Below, piece after piece: positions 13,045 to 25,920 of a stretch of 43,183 nucleotides of DNA (positions within the stretch are counted from its first letter, which is position 1; the number at the start of each line of letters is the position of its first letter). A program made the translations under genes and the position numbers. The stretch comes from Schmidtea polychroa. Its lineage: Eukaryota. Under the pieces are notes generated by a model. The model had not been told where the DNA came from, did not search any database, and saw only the letters and a list, made by a program, of their open reading frames with translations. The DNA is taken from the NCBI GenBank assembly GCA_044892525.1, contig CM097886.1, positions 147,270,818 through 147,314,000 on the forward strand, written 5' to 3'.

Positions 13045-15150
13045 CTAAGTGAATTTCAGCATCAGATGTGCCAAGTTTTCATTAGAATAGACTCTGGCAA
13101 GTCTTGTAGGTTTGGAAGTGTCTTCACCAATTTGGCGCACCCAAATCTTATCGCTATGTTTCACATTTTTCTCTGTAGTTGCGATTTCATTTGAGTTCGT
13201 AACAGGTTCTACTGAAAGGTTTTCGTTCGACGTAGTTGAAATGGGTTCGACTGAAACTTTCTCTAAATCAGAGTGAAGTTTGTCTTCATCCACGTCATCA
13301 GAAATCATGAAAGCCGTTTTAAGTCCTCACAAATTTATATTTTGGATAACACCGTTGATAACGATGTGGCATTGTTATCCTTAATGTCGATCAATTTGTA
13401 AGGCCCCGAATATCTCGGTTTGAGACCTGAATCCGTAATATTACGAAGATAAACGTGAGTTGCGTCCTTGAAGGACTTTGGGACATACGGTGTATATGAG
13501 GAAGCATAAGAAAACTGTGGGTTGCTATCGATCGAAAGAAAATGATCTCTAGCCATATCTAATTCCTCAAAGGTAGGAGCGTTATCGAAATCAACTAATT
13601 CGTTAGGCAATGATGTTGAAGAAGTAACTGTGTCGGTGTAGTTCCGGTAGTCCTGGAAGGTGTGTTACTCCAACAAAGAAGAACAAAAGGTAAAGCTGTA
13701 GTCCAATTAAGTCTCGATGAAAGTATTCCAAGAGAAGTCTTCAAAGTTCGGTGAAATCTTTCGATCATGCCGTTTGTCTGAGGATGGTAAGCAGTTGAAC
13801 GTAGGTGTTGCATACCGAGCTTTTCAATTAGATGTTGAAATAACTGGGATTCAAACTGAGTTCCCCTGTCTGTGATTATTGATTTCGGAACACCGTATCT
13901 AGAAATCCAATGTTGCAAAATTGAATTTGCTACAATTTCAGCAGAAATGCTTTTTAAAGGAATAACCTCAAACCAACGCCTTTTCCGGTCAATCATGGTT
14001 AATAAGTAAGAAAAATCGCGATCAAAAGGCAAAGGACCGACCAGGTTGATGTGAAGAATTTCGAACCTATTTTCGGTCGGATAGTGAATCATCTGTGGCT
14101 TAGTGTGTCTAGAGATCTTGTGTTGTTGACAACCGATGCACTGGCTCACCCACAATTTAATATCGTGCCTCATTGCTGGCCAAACCACACGTGAATGTAA
14201 TAGATTGAAGGTAGCCGACGAGCCTGGATGATGTAAGTCGTGAATGGAGTGGAAAGCTAATTTCCGTAAGGAATTGTGCAAAATCGGTCTTAAAACACCT
14301 GATAAAGACGAGTCAAAGTGTACTCCGTCCACAATTTCAAGCTTATCGCCAAAAGCAGCTAGATCTTTTGCCGAAGGTGGATTGTCGCGGAGGCACTGTA
14401 CTGGAAATATTGTATCGTGCAATATAGCGTTGGTACTGCGGGAAAGACAGTCCGCAATAACGTTTTCTTTGCCGGCAATGTGGCGTATTTCGCAAGAAAA
14501 TTCAGTGATATTACTGATTTGCCTCTGTTGTCGTGGAGATGGGTCTTTCATTCCAAAAAGATAAGTTAGCGGTTTGTGGTCAGTGTAGATGATGTAGTGC
14601 TTGAAATGTTTGATTGAAAGATATATGCCTAAGAGTTCTCGGTCGAAAGCGGAATATTTCCGTTGTGCAAAAGAAAGTTTCTTTGAGAAAAACTCTAAGG
14701 GTTCGGAAAGGTCATTATGTAATTGGTGTAATACTGCACCAATAGCAACGTTTGATGCATTAGTAGTCAAACTCCAAGGTAAATCAGCATTGGGAAAATG
14801 AAGTGTTTAAATTTTCGAAAGTGCCGACTTAGCGTTTTCAAATGCACTCAGTGTGGTATCGCTCCATGATACTAGAGACTTTTTTGGTTTTGAGACAAGA
14901 CCTGATAGAGGTGACAAAATGTCAGAAACCCCTGGAATAAAACGATGACAATAGTTTATCGTTCCCAAAAAACTTCTCAGTTGTGAAACTGTTTTTGGAA
15001 GTGGGAATTTGGCTATAGTATCTAGTCTATCCGGGGGAAGTCGGATTCCATCTGCGGAAATTAAATGTAGAATTAAATGTAAAAGAAGGTACACTTATCG
15101 ACATTTACCTTAAGGTTGTTTTGTCGAAGTGCTGTTAAAGTGCTGTTAAA
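13045..15150 (-). mobile_element. Ty3/Gypsy pol remnant: end of RT, RNase H, integrase with GPY/F tail; frameshifted and 5' truncated
   Basis: RT thumb LRSFLGTINYCHRFIP; RNase H TTNASNVAIGAVL..YSAFDRELL..YTDHKPL; integrase HHCC (HDLHHPG...CIGCQQHK), HINLVGPLP, ITDRGTQFES, NGMIERFHRTLK; RYSGPY. First catalytic Asp of RNase H and integrase appear as Asn. Confidence 0.93.
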
Positions 15151-15934
15151 GTAAATAAAAATGAGACAGAAGCAAGAAGTATCACATGAAATTAACACAA
15201 CAGCAGTAAGTTAATTTGAATTAAGTGACGATGGGAAGGGATAGGAGTGGAAATCAGAAAGAGTTCCACGAAAAATTTCAAAAAATAATTAAAAAAATTA
15301 TAGTCGAAAAACTGGAAAATTCAGTAAAATGGCGAAAGTGATGATACAAAGTTAACAAAAAAATCAACATTCAATAATTAAAAATAACAAAAAGTAAAAA
15401 GAAATAACCTAAGAATTTAAAGAAAATAAGAATTAGGCACAAAAATCGACGAAAAGAACAGAAAATAGTCTAAAATGTTCAATTCCACCATGGCGGCAAA
15501 TTTAATTAAAAATAAATAAAATATGAAAATCAGAAAATAAAATTAATTATTATTCACAAAAAATCGCCATTAAAATTGATAAAAATAGAAATTCGAAATT
15601 AAGTAGAATAAAAATAATTCAAATTATTTTTACTAAATTTCCAATGCACGCAAAATCAGTCACAAAAACTAACTTGTGCAATTTATGCCAATTTCCTAGC
15701 AGATTATTACCGAGATAATAAGGAATTTTATTTGTTTTTATAATCTTGTTAGTGCAAGGTCGATTTAAGAATTATTGATTAGGGTTAAAGGGTAGATATT
15801 AATAATTTATGAATGTAGTAATAAATATATTCATTCGTTGCACACTTAGTTATGTTCAGTAAAAAGTACTGGGAAAGCCAGAGACAAAGTCTAATTAAGA
15901 TTTAATACTAGGGAAGGGAAACTAAACAGAAGTG

Positions 15935-15990
15935 GGACACAGACCTCCTATCGGCAGTGCGCGAACCCGCTTGAGTACCTGTCGATTATA
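15935..15990 (+). repeat. Dispersed repeat shared with 21200-21255 (LTR-like)
   Basis: CTATCGGCAGT(G/C)CG(C/T)G(A/G)ACCCG..TGAGT(A/G)C(C/T)TG(T/A)C(G/A)ATTATAA present at both sites. Confidence 0.65.
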
Positions 15991-17223
15991 ATATACAAAG
16001 ATATGCTCACTTTTCGCTAGTACCCCTCAATGCAGTTCCAACGTTGATCACCCAACGGGTATGGAACGGTACAGCATTCTTGTATTCTGGATTACGCTGG
16101 AAACATCAAAAAAGGGACAAATGTGGTCTACCTGTATTATTATCGTATTTTCACTCGCAAACGGGTATCACCCACATCCTAGTATAATCCGCGAATTTTA
16201 ACCAAACCAGTAAAAAAGAATTGATATACGATAAGTTGAATTTGGGATAGTTTTTTAAGAAACCACAATAACCGTTGAAGTGAGAACACCGAATTCAGTA
16301 GACAGAGTTCCGCAAGATGAACCGACGAGAGACGAACAATTTCTGCTTAGATGTTGCTCGGAAAGCAATCATTTCTTCGAAAAGAGATGACGCTAGAAGA
16401 AATAAGAAAACGAAATTTGTTCATAGAATACTTCACGTCCGATTATAGAAGAATGATCCTACTATCAATTGCAATTATAAATTAAGACGTGAAAGTAGTG
16501 AAATATATCTATTTGACACCAAGGATGAGGATCCAGCATTATGTCTCTTTCCGTTTGGGATCAATTGAAGACCAATAAGCTGAGATGCGTGAAATCCATA
16601 AGCTCGTTGTGGGGAAGATATTAGTAGGGCAAGATTTGCATGCCGAATTACAATATTTGAAAATGTGGATAGGGAAGCTATATGGTATAAGAGACTTGGT
16701 GGCAACACCAATCTTCAAAAAAACTTAAAGTAACAAAAAAAGTGCAATGGTTTAAACTCCAAACGCTGATGAATGAAATATGTGGAGAAACAACACAAAC
16801 GGGATTTCATTCGGTCAAATAAGATGCGAAAAGCATTTAACGGATTTATAAAGAATTAGAAAATCAATGGGAAGATTACATAGTATGGCTGGTCAAAGGT
16901 ATTGCAAAAAAATGTCCATTAGCAGGATATAAATTAAAAAATCAAGCAACTACAAGTGAAATAGAATATGAGGACGATACATCAATGCAAATTGAGATAG
17001 CAATACAGTACCAAATGGAGATAGAATCCTCAAAATACATAATAGAAAAGAGCTTGGCGATATTGTTACCAGCAGAGAGCAGAATTAAAAGTGGAGCCAG
17101 AATTATTTCCGCTAATCAATTTCAATAATTACCAAATATATTAAATGTTGATATCTATATATCTGTTGAGGATACCTAAATAACAATTTATAAATAAATA
17201 AATAAAATTAGCTGGGGCAAGAT

Positions 17224-17599
17224 TGTCATGACAAACGGGACGATCTATGGGAACTCAAAAAAGAAAACGGAAGTAGAACGAAATGAGAAATGAGAAAGAG
17301 GAATGAAACAAAAGAAATTAAATAAAAAAGTTAAAACCAAGGTCAGTACTAATTAATTAGTGCAAAAAGGAAAAGGAATTTCTTATCTCGACAGCTTGTC
17401 AGTGATAACGGAATTGCTTGGAGAAGGCGGTTCAACAAAAAGGAAAAAGGGAAAATAGCTTGACAGTCGTCAGAGATAAAAATGAAACAGTCGGGGAAGG
17501 CAGGAGAAAGATAGTGGAAAAACACATAATAATAATAATGATAATACAATAAAGTGATAATTTAAGCCTTTTGTGCTGCGAATAATGTATTTTATGAAA
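17224..17599 (+). mobile_element. Putative 3' LTR preceded by a polypurine tract
   Basis: GGGGCAAGA tract, then TGTCATGAC start; purine-rich body, AATAAA at about 17548, degenerate inverted end TTTATGAAA. Confidence 0.4.
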
Positions 17600-18240
17600 A
17601 AAATTGTCAATCAATAATAATAATTATCAATATAATAAAGAAATATAAATACAAATAGATAACATAAAAAAGTTAACATTTTGGAATAGAAACAATAAAT
17701 TTGAATAAAATCAGCTTTTATGATAAACTTAACAAAATTTTTATTTTCATTTTAACTAATAACACAGTGAAAAATAAATATTTGGAATATTTAAAAAAAT
17801 ATTGTCAAAATACACACTCATAAATAAATTCAATTAGAAATGTTTATTTATTTAAATTTCATTTCTGTGGCCTTGATTCGCATTTCAATAAAACGGTTAA
17901 TTTCTTCTGAATTAAAAACCCCTCTTATCCCCATTGAAGAGTGTAGTTTAAACATGCAATAACTTGATTAATTCTTTTTTCGTCATTCGCAACCACTATA
18001 GACACAGACTAGCTAAAATTATTTAAAAAATTAATTAAAATTTGGGAAAAGTGAAAATTAATATTTTTGTAGGGAAAAGTGGTAATCGGTGGCATGAGAT
18101 TTTGAAGACGAATAAAATAATATTAAACTGATGGAGGGATACATGTAATCTATTATCCGTTTCTATAAGTCTATCATGTGTGGATGAATTACTAATTAAA
18201 CATATATCTTTTTAAGATGAAAGACTAAATACAGCATTAA

Positions 18241-18437
18241 CCCATTTAGCACCATTTTTTTTCAATTCTTTAGATATCAAAAGACAAAAAATTTATAAGC
18301 AAAGTAAATATGCCAGAGTAACTAGGACATTTATGAAATACATTATTCTATAAAATAAAAAGTTAAACAATTATTTCTTTTGCACATTTTAGGCTCATTT
18401 GAAAAATTCTGTTAAATATACAAATTATTTGTATGGG
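18241..18437. mobile_element. piggyBac-like MITE, copy 1
   Basis: TTAA|CCCAT ... ATGGG|TTAA; homologous to copy 2, including flanks. Confidence 0.6.
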
Positions 18438-19084
18438 TTAATTTGAGTCTCATAATACGTTAAATAAAGCTTTGTATTTTTTATGAATAAGTTAATTTAA
18501 CTGTTTGGCTAATAAAGAAAATTATAATTGTTAATTATTTAACTCTGCAACTTTTCGTTGTCTATGGCACATTGTGGGTAATAATTAAAAATATTAGACA
18601 GTGTATAAAAACTATCACATTTGTTTACTTAAAAAAATATGTGTAGGAGTGTGAGATACTTGTCTTTGTTTGAATGAACACAAAAGTTTGATTTTTGAAA
18701 GAGGAAAACTATGGTTTTATTTTAGGCTCTTTAACCATAATTATTTGTCATTGACTCTAGAATCCAACCACCCTAGACGCCATAATACATCACCATCGTA
18801 AAATCCCCAAATCTGTTATATTCAATATATATATATATTCTAAAAGCTTGAATATGTATCAGTAAATATATCGATGTTTTTGATATTCACGACTTTTCGG
18901 CACTATCTTTTTTAAGTGAATTTAGTCACATCTTGTCTAGTTTTCTCCTATTTTATTTCAATTATCTCCTCACGAATTTTCAAAGCTTTATGAAGAATAT
19001 ATATTAATATGGACACGCAAAGTTTTAAATAGAGTTTTTATTTTTTTAAAATAAAAGTGAATATTAAACTAAATACATCATTAA

Positions 19085-19296
19085 CCCATTTGGCACCAAT
19101 TTTTTTTTAGATCTTTAGATATAAAATGACAAAAATTTTATAATCAAAGTATTAAATCTCCCAGAGTAACTATGAAATTTATGAAATACATATTATAATA
19201 AAATAAAAAGTTAAACATTTATCTTTTTCACATTATTGTCTTACTTGAAAAAATTCTATTTCTAAAAAAAAATTTAAAACGCTGGCTATAAATGGG
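19085..19296. mobile_element. piggyBac-like MITE, copy 2
   Basis: TTAA|CCCATTT ... AAATGGG|TTAA, a TTAA TSD with CCC/GGG termini. Confidence 0.65.
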
Positions 19297-19517
19297 TTAA
19301 TTCGAGTCTCAAAATTCTTTTTTAAAAGTAGAAACAAAATATTATAAATAAAGCTTTGTATTTTTTATGGATAAGCTGATTTAACAGTTTGACTAATAAA
19401 TAAAATTATAAATACTAAGTATAAATGATATATTTTATAATCTTGAATTTTTTACAATATCGAAAGCATTTTTTAGGATTAATTTTCCTAACATATTTTA
19501 TCATTTAAATTCTGATA

Positions 19518-20186
19518 TCATGGGATCTGTATGATTGCTTCATTTTTTAATGGATCAATTACATCTATTATCGGTTCTGTGTGTTCATTATGTGTGGATG
19601 AATTACTATAGTAAGTCTGATTATCGTCAATTTCATTTGAAAAACTGTCATTTGCCAAGATATTTTTCCCGAAACTGTCAGAATCTTCATTATTTATTTT
19701 TGATAAAATTTCAGTAATTATTTGATCGATTGTAGAAAGATCTGAATTAGGTGCATTAAATTTCTTAGGGCGACCTCTCTTTTTGTGAGTGACATTTGGA
19801 TTTTCTGATTGACTTTCGATTACATTAGACATTTCCGATTGTAATTCCGTTTGTAATTCTATTTGTGATTCCTTTTGTAATTCTATTTGTGATTCCATTT
19901 TCAAATTCGTTTCCGATATTGGCAATTCAGTGATAATGTTAAAATTATTTAAAATTTGATTGTTTTTTTTTATTTTAATTTTTTTTGAAATTTTGATTTG
20001 TTTTTCAAAATTTGCGAAATCATGATTTTGGGTATCACACGTTTTAGGTCGACCACGTTTTTTGAAAGAATTTAATGGTACATCATTTGGCATTGTGATA
20101 TTTTCATTCGAAGGAAAAGACTCATCACCGTATTCTCCGGGTTGAAAAGAAATGATTATTCTTTTTCGGATTCCTTTATAGCTCAT
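19518..20186 (-). CDS. Low-complexity protein with two AT-hook motifs (possibly TE-derived or an isolated exon)
   Basis: 222-aa ATG-initiated ORF with KKRGRPK twice and a short SQ(I/T)ELQ repeat. Confidence 0.5.
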   Translation of the reverse strand: MSYKGIRKRIIISFQPGEYGDESFPSNENITMPNDVPLNSFKKRGRPKTCDTQNHDFANFEKQIKISKKIKIKKNNQILNNFNIITELPISETNLKMESQIELQKESQIELQTELQSEMSNVIESQSENPNVTHKKRGRPKKFNAPNSDLSTIDQIITEILSKINNEDSDSFGKNILANDSFSNEIDDNQTYYSNSSTHNEHTEPIIDVIDPLKNEAIIQIP

Positions 20187-20450
20187 TGTTTCTATTTATC
20201 TAAAAATGAATATAGTTTAAAGTTAAAAATAGTGATTGATTTTTACGTTATTCACTTAAAAATATTAAGAAGAGTTACTAAGTTCGTAAGCTATTTTTAA
20301 AATATTTAAATTTAAACAAATATTAAGCCCTATTAACATTTAAAAATTGAAATTAAAAATCTTTCAATTTAACATTTTTGAAATTAATGTATTTAAACAA
20401 ACGCAAAATTTTCAAACAATTTCCTTTCTTGATGACATTTCATTTATTTT

Positions 20451-20597
20451 CATTACGACTATAGATAGAATATTTTTCCTATATACTCAAAATTATTGGC
20501 AATACTTTGTCAAATTTTCAAAATTTTCAACATTACGACTATAGATAGAATATTTTTAATATTTACTCAAAAATATTGGCAATACTTTTGTCAAATG
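20451..20597. repeat. Tandem duplication with an 80-bp period
   Basis: CATTACGACTATAGATAGAATATTTT...TATTGGCAATACTTT(T)GTCAAA at 20451 and 20531. Confidence 0.9.
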
Positions 20598-21283
20598 ATA
20601 ACAATCGATTAAGTCGGATCAACAATAAATTGATAAATTGATAACACCCGATAAATTCGTGTTATATTATGACTATTTGTAGGATTTTAAACATTTCAGA
20701 TTAACTTCCTGACTTGACACATCACCGTGGTCTCTGTTCTTGGTGGACGACAATTACTTCCATTTTTTATAACTTGATTCTTTTTCCCACGAGTAATTTG
20801 GACCTGCACTTTCGGCCAATACATATTTTTCTCTTCATATGTCTTGTGTATTCGTGGATTTGAACCAAATTGCATATCATTCTCTATAACGTCATTTCAG
20901 CCTTTCTAGCTACTTCTGAAGGTTATCTTTCATTTCCTTACAGTACGTTTCGACACATATTGTCCACGTCCAATCGTTCATATATTGATAATCCCAAAGA
21001 ACCTTAAATATGAACATGTTTCCTGGTACTATTATTAATCAATTTGGACCGACTTCATCCTCGTTTAACCTTCCTCTACCGAAAATCTAGAATACTAGAA
21101 ATTGTGCGATATGTCTATAAGTAACTGATGAGTATGAGATGTTGAGTGAATATAGCAAAGTTGGGAAAACAATCTAGTGACAGGGACCAGTATAAATCGG
21201 ACATAGGCCTTCTATCGGCAGTCCGTGGACCCGATGAGTGCTTGACAATTATAACGCAAGTAGTGGTGAATTATTATTTTATG

Positions 21284-21580
21284 TCGCATCTGTGTGCGTT
21301 TTCTGTTTGCATTTGACATTGGTTTTGTATGCGCACACAGACGCGAGCACTATGATTTAAAGGGATTATTGTTCAATTTTTGAATTATCAGTTTATGTCT
21401 CGCGCCTGTGTACGCTTTTTACTTTGACATTGGATTAATTTGTGTGCACACACAGACGCGGACAATTGTCGGGTTGTATCGAAGTTTTTCGATTTTCTGG
21501 AATGTGGTAGAATTTCTGATTTGTTTAAATTTGTTTTTAAAAGATTTAGTTTGTTCCAGAAGAGTTTGAAAATAAATTTT
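21284..21580 (+). mobile_element. TIR remnant related to the 32093-33779 element (two tandem CGCGTCTGTG...CACAGACGCG stem-loop units)
   Basis: Motif pairs at 21284/21332-21346 and 21399/21450-21460 match the subterminal stem-loop at 32162-32220 and 33655-33707; followed by a similar TTCTGGAAT(T)GTGG tract. Confidence 0.7.
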
Positions 21581-21590
21581 TGTGAATTTA

Positions 21591-21971
21591 ATGGCTTCGA
21601 TTAATACAGATAATTACTATGATAATAAATGCAACAGGGACGTTCACACATCTCAGGATGGTAAATGTGTGACGTGCAATGATGGATTTATTGAAAGAAG
21701 TGAATCTGATAACTCAATGGAAAATGATGATGATGCCTTGAATGTTTTTCATATTATTCGTCATATTCCTGGTGGAAGTACTACAAACGAAACTGATGGT
21801 TCCTTTTTTATTACTTCAAGAAATCCTGATAATAGAAATGGTGTTTTTGGCCAACTATTATCAAATTTATTTGGTGGATTGCTGCCGCTGGATTTTAGGT
21901 CAGATTACATATTTTCAGATCAAAGTTTCGACAATTTTGTAACGAGTATTATGAATCAATTTGAACAATGA
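21591..21971 (+). pseudogene. RNF115/RNF126-like E3 ligase N-terminal fragment (zinc ribbon to linker; RING absent)
   Basis: YYDNKCNRDV...KCVTCNDGFIE matches the N-terminal zinc ribbon (first Cys replaced by Asp). SDYIFSDQSFDNFVTSIMNQFE matches GDYAW..GLDAIITQLLNQFE, and the ORF stops there. Confidence 0.7.
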
Positions 21972-23129
21972 TTAAAATATAATTATTAAACGAAGATTAC
22001 CTATTAATTTTATTTGGAAACCACAAAATTCCAATGTAATACTTATTAGTTGTTTCTACATTTCTCATTTCCTCTTGTCGGAATCAAGTACTCTAAAATT
22101 TGCGATACAGGAGCTTTCGACACTCACTTTTCAGTGAAAAATTTCGTACATTATGAATTAACCAGGATGTATTGCGAAATCATAAAAGAATTTGTTTAAA
22201 TCATTAGATTTCATCTCTTTGACTATGACGATTAACAGACGAAAATTCTCAATCATTATTACTTTAATATCCACATATACCTATTGAATTTCTCACAGTG
22301 GCCCAAACTAAGACAAAGATCGTAGCAACTTCTACGGATACGCTTATTTCTTTCTATTTGACCAATTATCGGACGTTCAAAACTTATTGAAATTTTCGAG
22401 TTTAACGGGTGACTAAAATGTTTGTCCCATTTGGTACTCTTCGGCGTTTATCGGCCCTTTCTAATATTCATTATGGTGTTTACGGAGTCGAAAAGTTGAA
22501 ATGGCGACTGGACGGAAAATGTTGGTGCGGGTTACATCTAGGGGTATCGAGACAAGAGTTGCTAATGTGAATCCGGTCGAATCACGTACGGACATTTGAA
22601 AACCACCACATAACTTTCAAAACGACAGAGCACCATGATGATCATGTTGGTAATGTGCTAAGTTGGTGAAAACAACATAGTAGAGTAGTGAGCGCCTGTG
22701 TTAGGACTACTAGAAATTTATTTAGTCATTATACTAGTGACCAAAGCAGAGATTCATAATTTTTTATACTTCATTCCTTCTCTAAAAGTGAATTTATTGT
22801 TACCAGCTCACACGTAATCAAAGTAAGGACAAATCAAACGAACAGTCTATTTTGTTCAAAGTGAACAGCTGTGGGACGAATTTTTCGCGTGTTCACAATA
22901 AAAAAATGTGAACAATATTTATCTTAATCCAATAGATTTGATTATAATAGCAAATATTTAATAAAACATAAAAATTTTTATTTATTAGACTGATTTTGAA
23001 AATAATTTGTAATCTCTGGACTTCTAGAACGTGTTTCATTCACAATCTCATTTATGATAACTGTTATAGTTTGAGTAATATTCTAAGTTGATTATTATCT
23101 TTTTATTAATGATTTGTGTTTGGAAGATT

Positions 23130-23191
23130 TGTAGAGCCCAGCCGAGTCTCCTGTAAAAATGGTCTCGGGACAGCTGGGATGAATGTATGTA
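23130..23191 (+). repeat. Left arm of an inverted repeat pair with 27792-27851
   Basis: 51 of 62 aligned columns identical to the reverse complement of 27792-27851; begins TGTAGAG. Confidence 0.75.
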
Positions 23192-23729
23192 GAGTTGCGA
23201 CAACTATATATGTAATAAACAAATAACAATAACAGTTACATAGATTTACACTTTTTATTCAAAGATAATAAAATAGAAAAAATGTTGTTGAAGATAGACA
23301 GAGGTCCAGAATATTTTAGATCTCTTTGACTTCAATTTTCTTTTGTCTCAAAGTTTGTTCTTCTGACAATATTTGGTATCACCTTGGTTTATATTTTCTT
23401 TTATTTTTAGGAATATTCTTTGATAATAATTTGGATCTCTTTGGTTTATAATTTGAATCGTTTTGGTGATATTGATTTTGTTATTTTTCAATTTTTTTAA
23501 AATTTTCAATTCTGTATAGTAAATTATTATAGAGAATTGCTATATAGATCCTTTTGTTCGATCACGGGGCCGTTACTCGAATTGAGTTAAAAAGTGTAAT
23601 TTGTAATTACATTAAAAAAAATTATGCATAAAACATTAACATTACATTACAATCACCAATATTAATGATAGTTTTACAAGAACAAACTCTAGAAAAAAAG
23701 GATTTAGTGCTTGTTTGTTTTCATTTGAT

Positions 23730-24417
23730 TTCACGTCTTCATTTGAATTATAGCAATTTTCAATGCCTTTTTAAAAGAATTTACGATCGTTTCTTTAGTT
23801 ATATTTTCCCAAGCTCTTGCTGTCCAAAGAATTGCATTATAAAGCTAATTTTTTGTAAACATTTTTCAAAATTGATTTCAGTATCTTCTTCCATCCTTGA
23901 TTTTACATCAGAGGGTAAAAAGATTTTTATTTATCTTTAACAATTTTAATGATACCTTGATCAAAAGGCTGTATCTTTGAGGTAGTATTTGAAGGAAAAA
24001 AAGCAGTTAAACATTTGAAAACTCGTAATCCTTGGGGTGTACAGGGGCATTATTCACTATTAATATCTTTCTGTTCTCTTTTTTCATTGGCGAATTTATT
24101 TCTTCTAACCAATCACAAAATATTGTAGAATTCATCCAGCTTTTATTATTTGCCTCATACTGATAGTTTGAGTGTAATTTTCCTTTAAAACATCCAGGAT
24201 TTTCTGATTTCCCAGTTAGCAGTGGCCTAGATTTTCCTCCAGTTTTACTTACTTCAAACAATATTTTCATTCTTTGGAAAATTTGCCATTAGCATTTTCT
24301 GAATTCGAAAATTAAATATCACAATTAAATAAATTTTCATCCTTATATTGAGACAATTTGTCTTTTAAAATATTTTTAAAATTAAATTTGCTTCTTCATT
24401 TATTCTTTTAGATCTTA
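23730..24417 (-). pseudogene. pogo/Tigger transposase, DDE_1 half
   Basis: KLSQYKDENLFNCD; GKSENPGCFKG..YEANNKSWMNSTIFCDWL..RKILIVNNAPVHP; FPSNTTSKIQPFDQGII; stops and frameshifts present. Confidence 0.85.
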
Positions 24418-25569
24418 TCACATCTTGACTTTCTTTCAATCAATTTTGACATTTTTTCAATCAATTTTAACAAATACATTCAGCCCATATTACAGATGAT
24501 GATAGAAGAAGGATTATCGAGTCATATATCGATGGAAATAGCGTAGTTACGATTGCAAGAATTATGATGTTCAAAAGGACAACGGTTCATTTTATTATCA
24601 AAAAATATAACGAGTCTGGACAAATCACTAGGAGTCAAAAAGGTGGTGTACACCGGCAATCTCTTTCTGAATCTCAAAAAAGAGAAGTGATTGATTGGAT
24701 TGATGACAATTGCGCTATCACATTGAATGAAATCAAGAAAAAATGCGTTAATTATATGAATGGGGGGTCAGTTTACCTACATTATCGAGGTATATAAGAT
24801 CATTTTCATATACATTCAAAAGAATCCATAATATTCCTGAGAGAATAAATAATGCTTCTAAACTTGATATGACACCTGTATAATCCAACTCTTTCATGGA
24901 GATGCTTTCCACGACAGATGATAATAACATCATCTTTATTGATGAAGTGGTTTTCAATTTTTCTATGAGAATCAAAGGAGGAAGATCTTTGGTTGGTACA
25001 CGACCAATCCAAGTTGTTTCGAGCATCAGATCTAGAAATGTATCTTTATGTTGTGCTATGAATATGCATGGAATTATTAGTTACAATGCTCAAACAAGAG
25101 CTTATAATTCTGATAGTTTGGGGAATTTATCAGATTCCTGATATCCGAGTTGCAAAGCAGAAACATTCAATCTGCAGTTTTCATCATGGATTATGTTACT
25201 TTTCATAAAACTGAAGCAACAAATAGTATTATTTCATAAAGTGGATGTAGTATATTATTTTTACTACCATACTCGCCATTTCTCAACGTGATTGAGAATA
25301 TGTTTTCAAAGTGAAAACAATTGATTAGAGCTCAAAGTTAACAATGAGCCCGAATTAATAGCTGCTATTGAAAATATGTCTTTCAAGATTGTATTGGCTA
25401 TTACAGACATTTTTTTGAATTTATCTCAAAATGTTTGAGAAAAGAGGAGATTTTTGATGAATAAAAATTAAGTTTTTGCTTACATATTTATTAATTTTAA
25501 ATATAATATAGTACAATTTTCATAGTAATAATATTTGTTAAAATTGATTGAAAGAATGTCAAAATGTGA
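24418..25569 (+). mobile_element. Tc1/IS630-like (DDE_3) element nested in the pogo transposase; transposase disrupted
   Basis: TIRs TCACAT(C/T)TTGAC(T/A)TTCTTTCAATCAATTTT at both ends, TA at the left flank (TG at the right). HTH region RRRIIESY..TVHFIIKKYNESG, IFIDE, RSRNVSLCCAMN, FIMDYVTFHK, LPYSPFLNVIENMFSKWK. Confidence 0.85.
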
Positions 25570-25920
25570 TGATAACCCCTGTATGTTATTTCGTCTTAGA
25601 AATGAAGATAACCACCCATTTGATGCCTTGAAATCTGATACGGCTAATTTCTCAGCAATTTCAAGGGCTTTAGTTATCATTATTTTAGAAGATATTGTCA
25701 TTTTTCTACTTCTCGATTCTTGAAACCACCTACATAAAATGGGATCAATATCCCTCATTCTTCCTAATTTTTACATTTCTAATCTTGTTATCATTTTTGT
25801 TGATCTCACATATTCTGAGTCTAAATTTAAAAGCTTGTTAATCAACCCTACAGAAATTGAATATTTATTTGCTAAAAAATCGTTTATTTTTAACTTCATC
25901 ATGCATTGGCATTGCTAGAT
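25570..25920 (-). pseudogene. pogo/Tigger transposase, CENP-B-type HTH half
   Basis: IDPILCRWFQESRSRKMTISSKIMITKALEIAEKL..FKASNGWLSSFLRRNNI is a typical CENP-B/Tc5 HTH. Confidence 0.85.

Noticed and set aside
14244-14801. Plus-strand ORFs of 106 and 66 aa
   Set aside because: Antisense to Gypsy pol; no independent motif.
13980-24060. Asp-to-Asn changes at catalytic positions in RNase H, integrase and pogo DDE, suggesting targeted hypermutation
   Set aside because: The three G>A changes are in different dinucleotide contexts (TG, CG, GG) and are too few to distinguish from ordinary decay.
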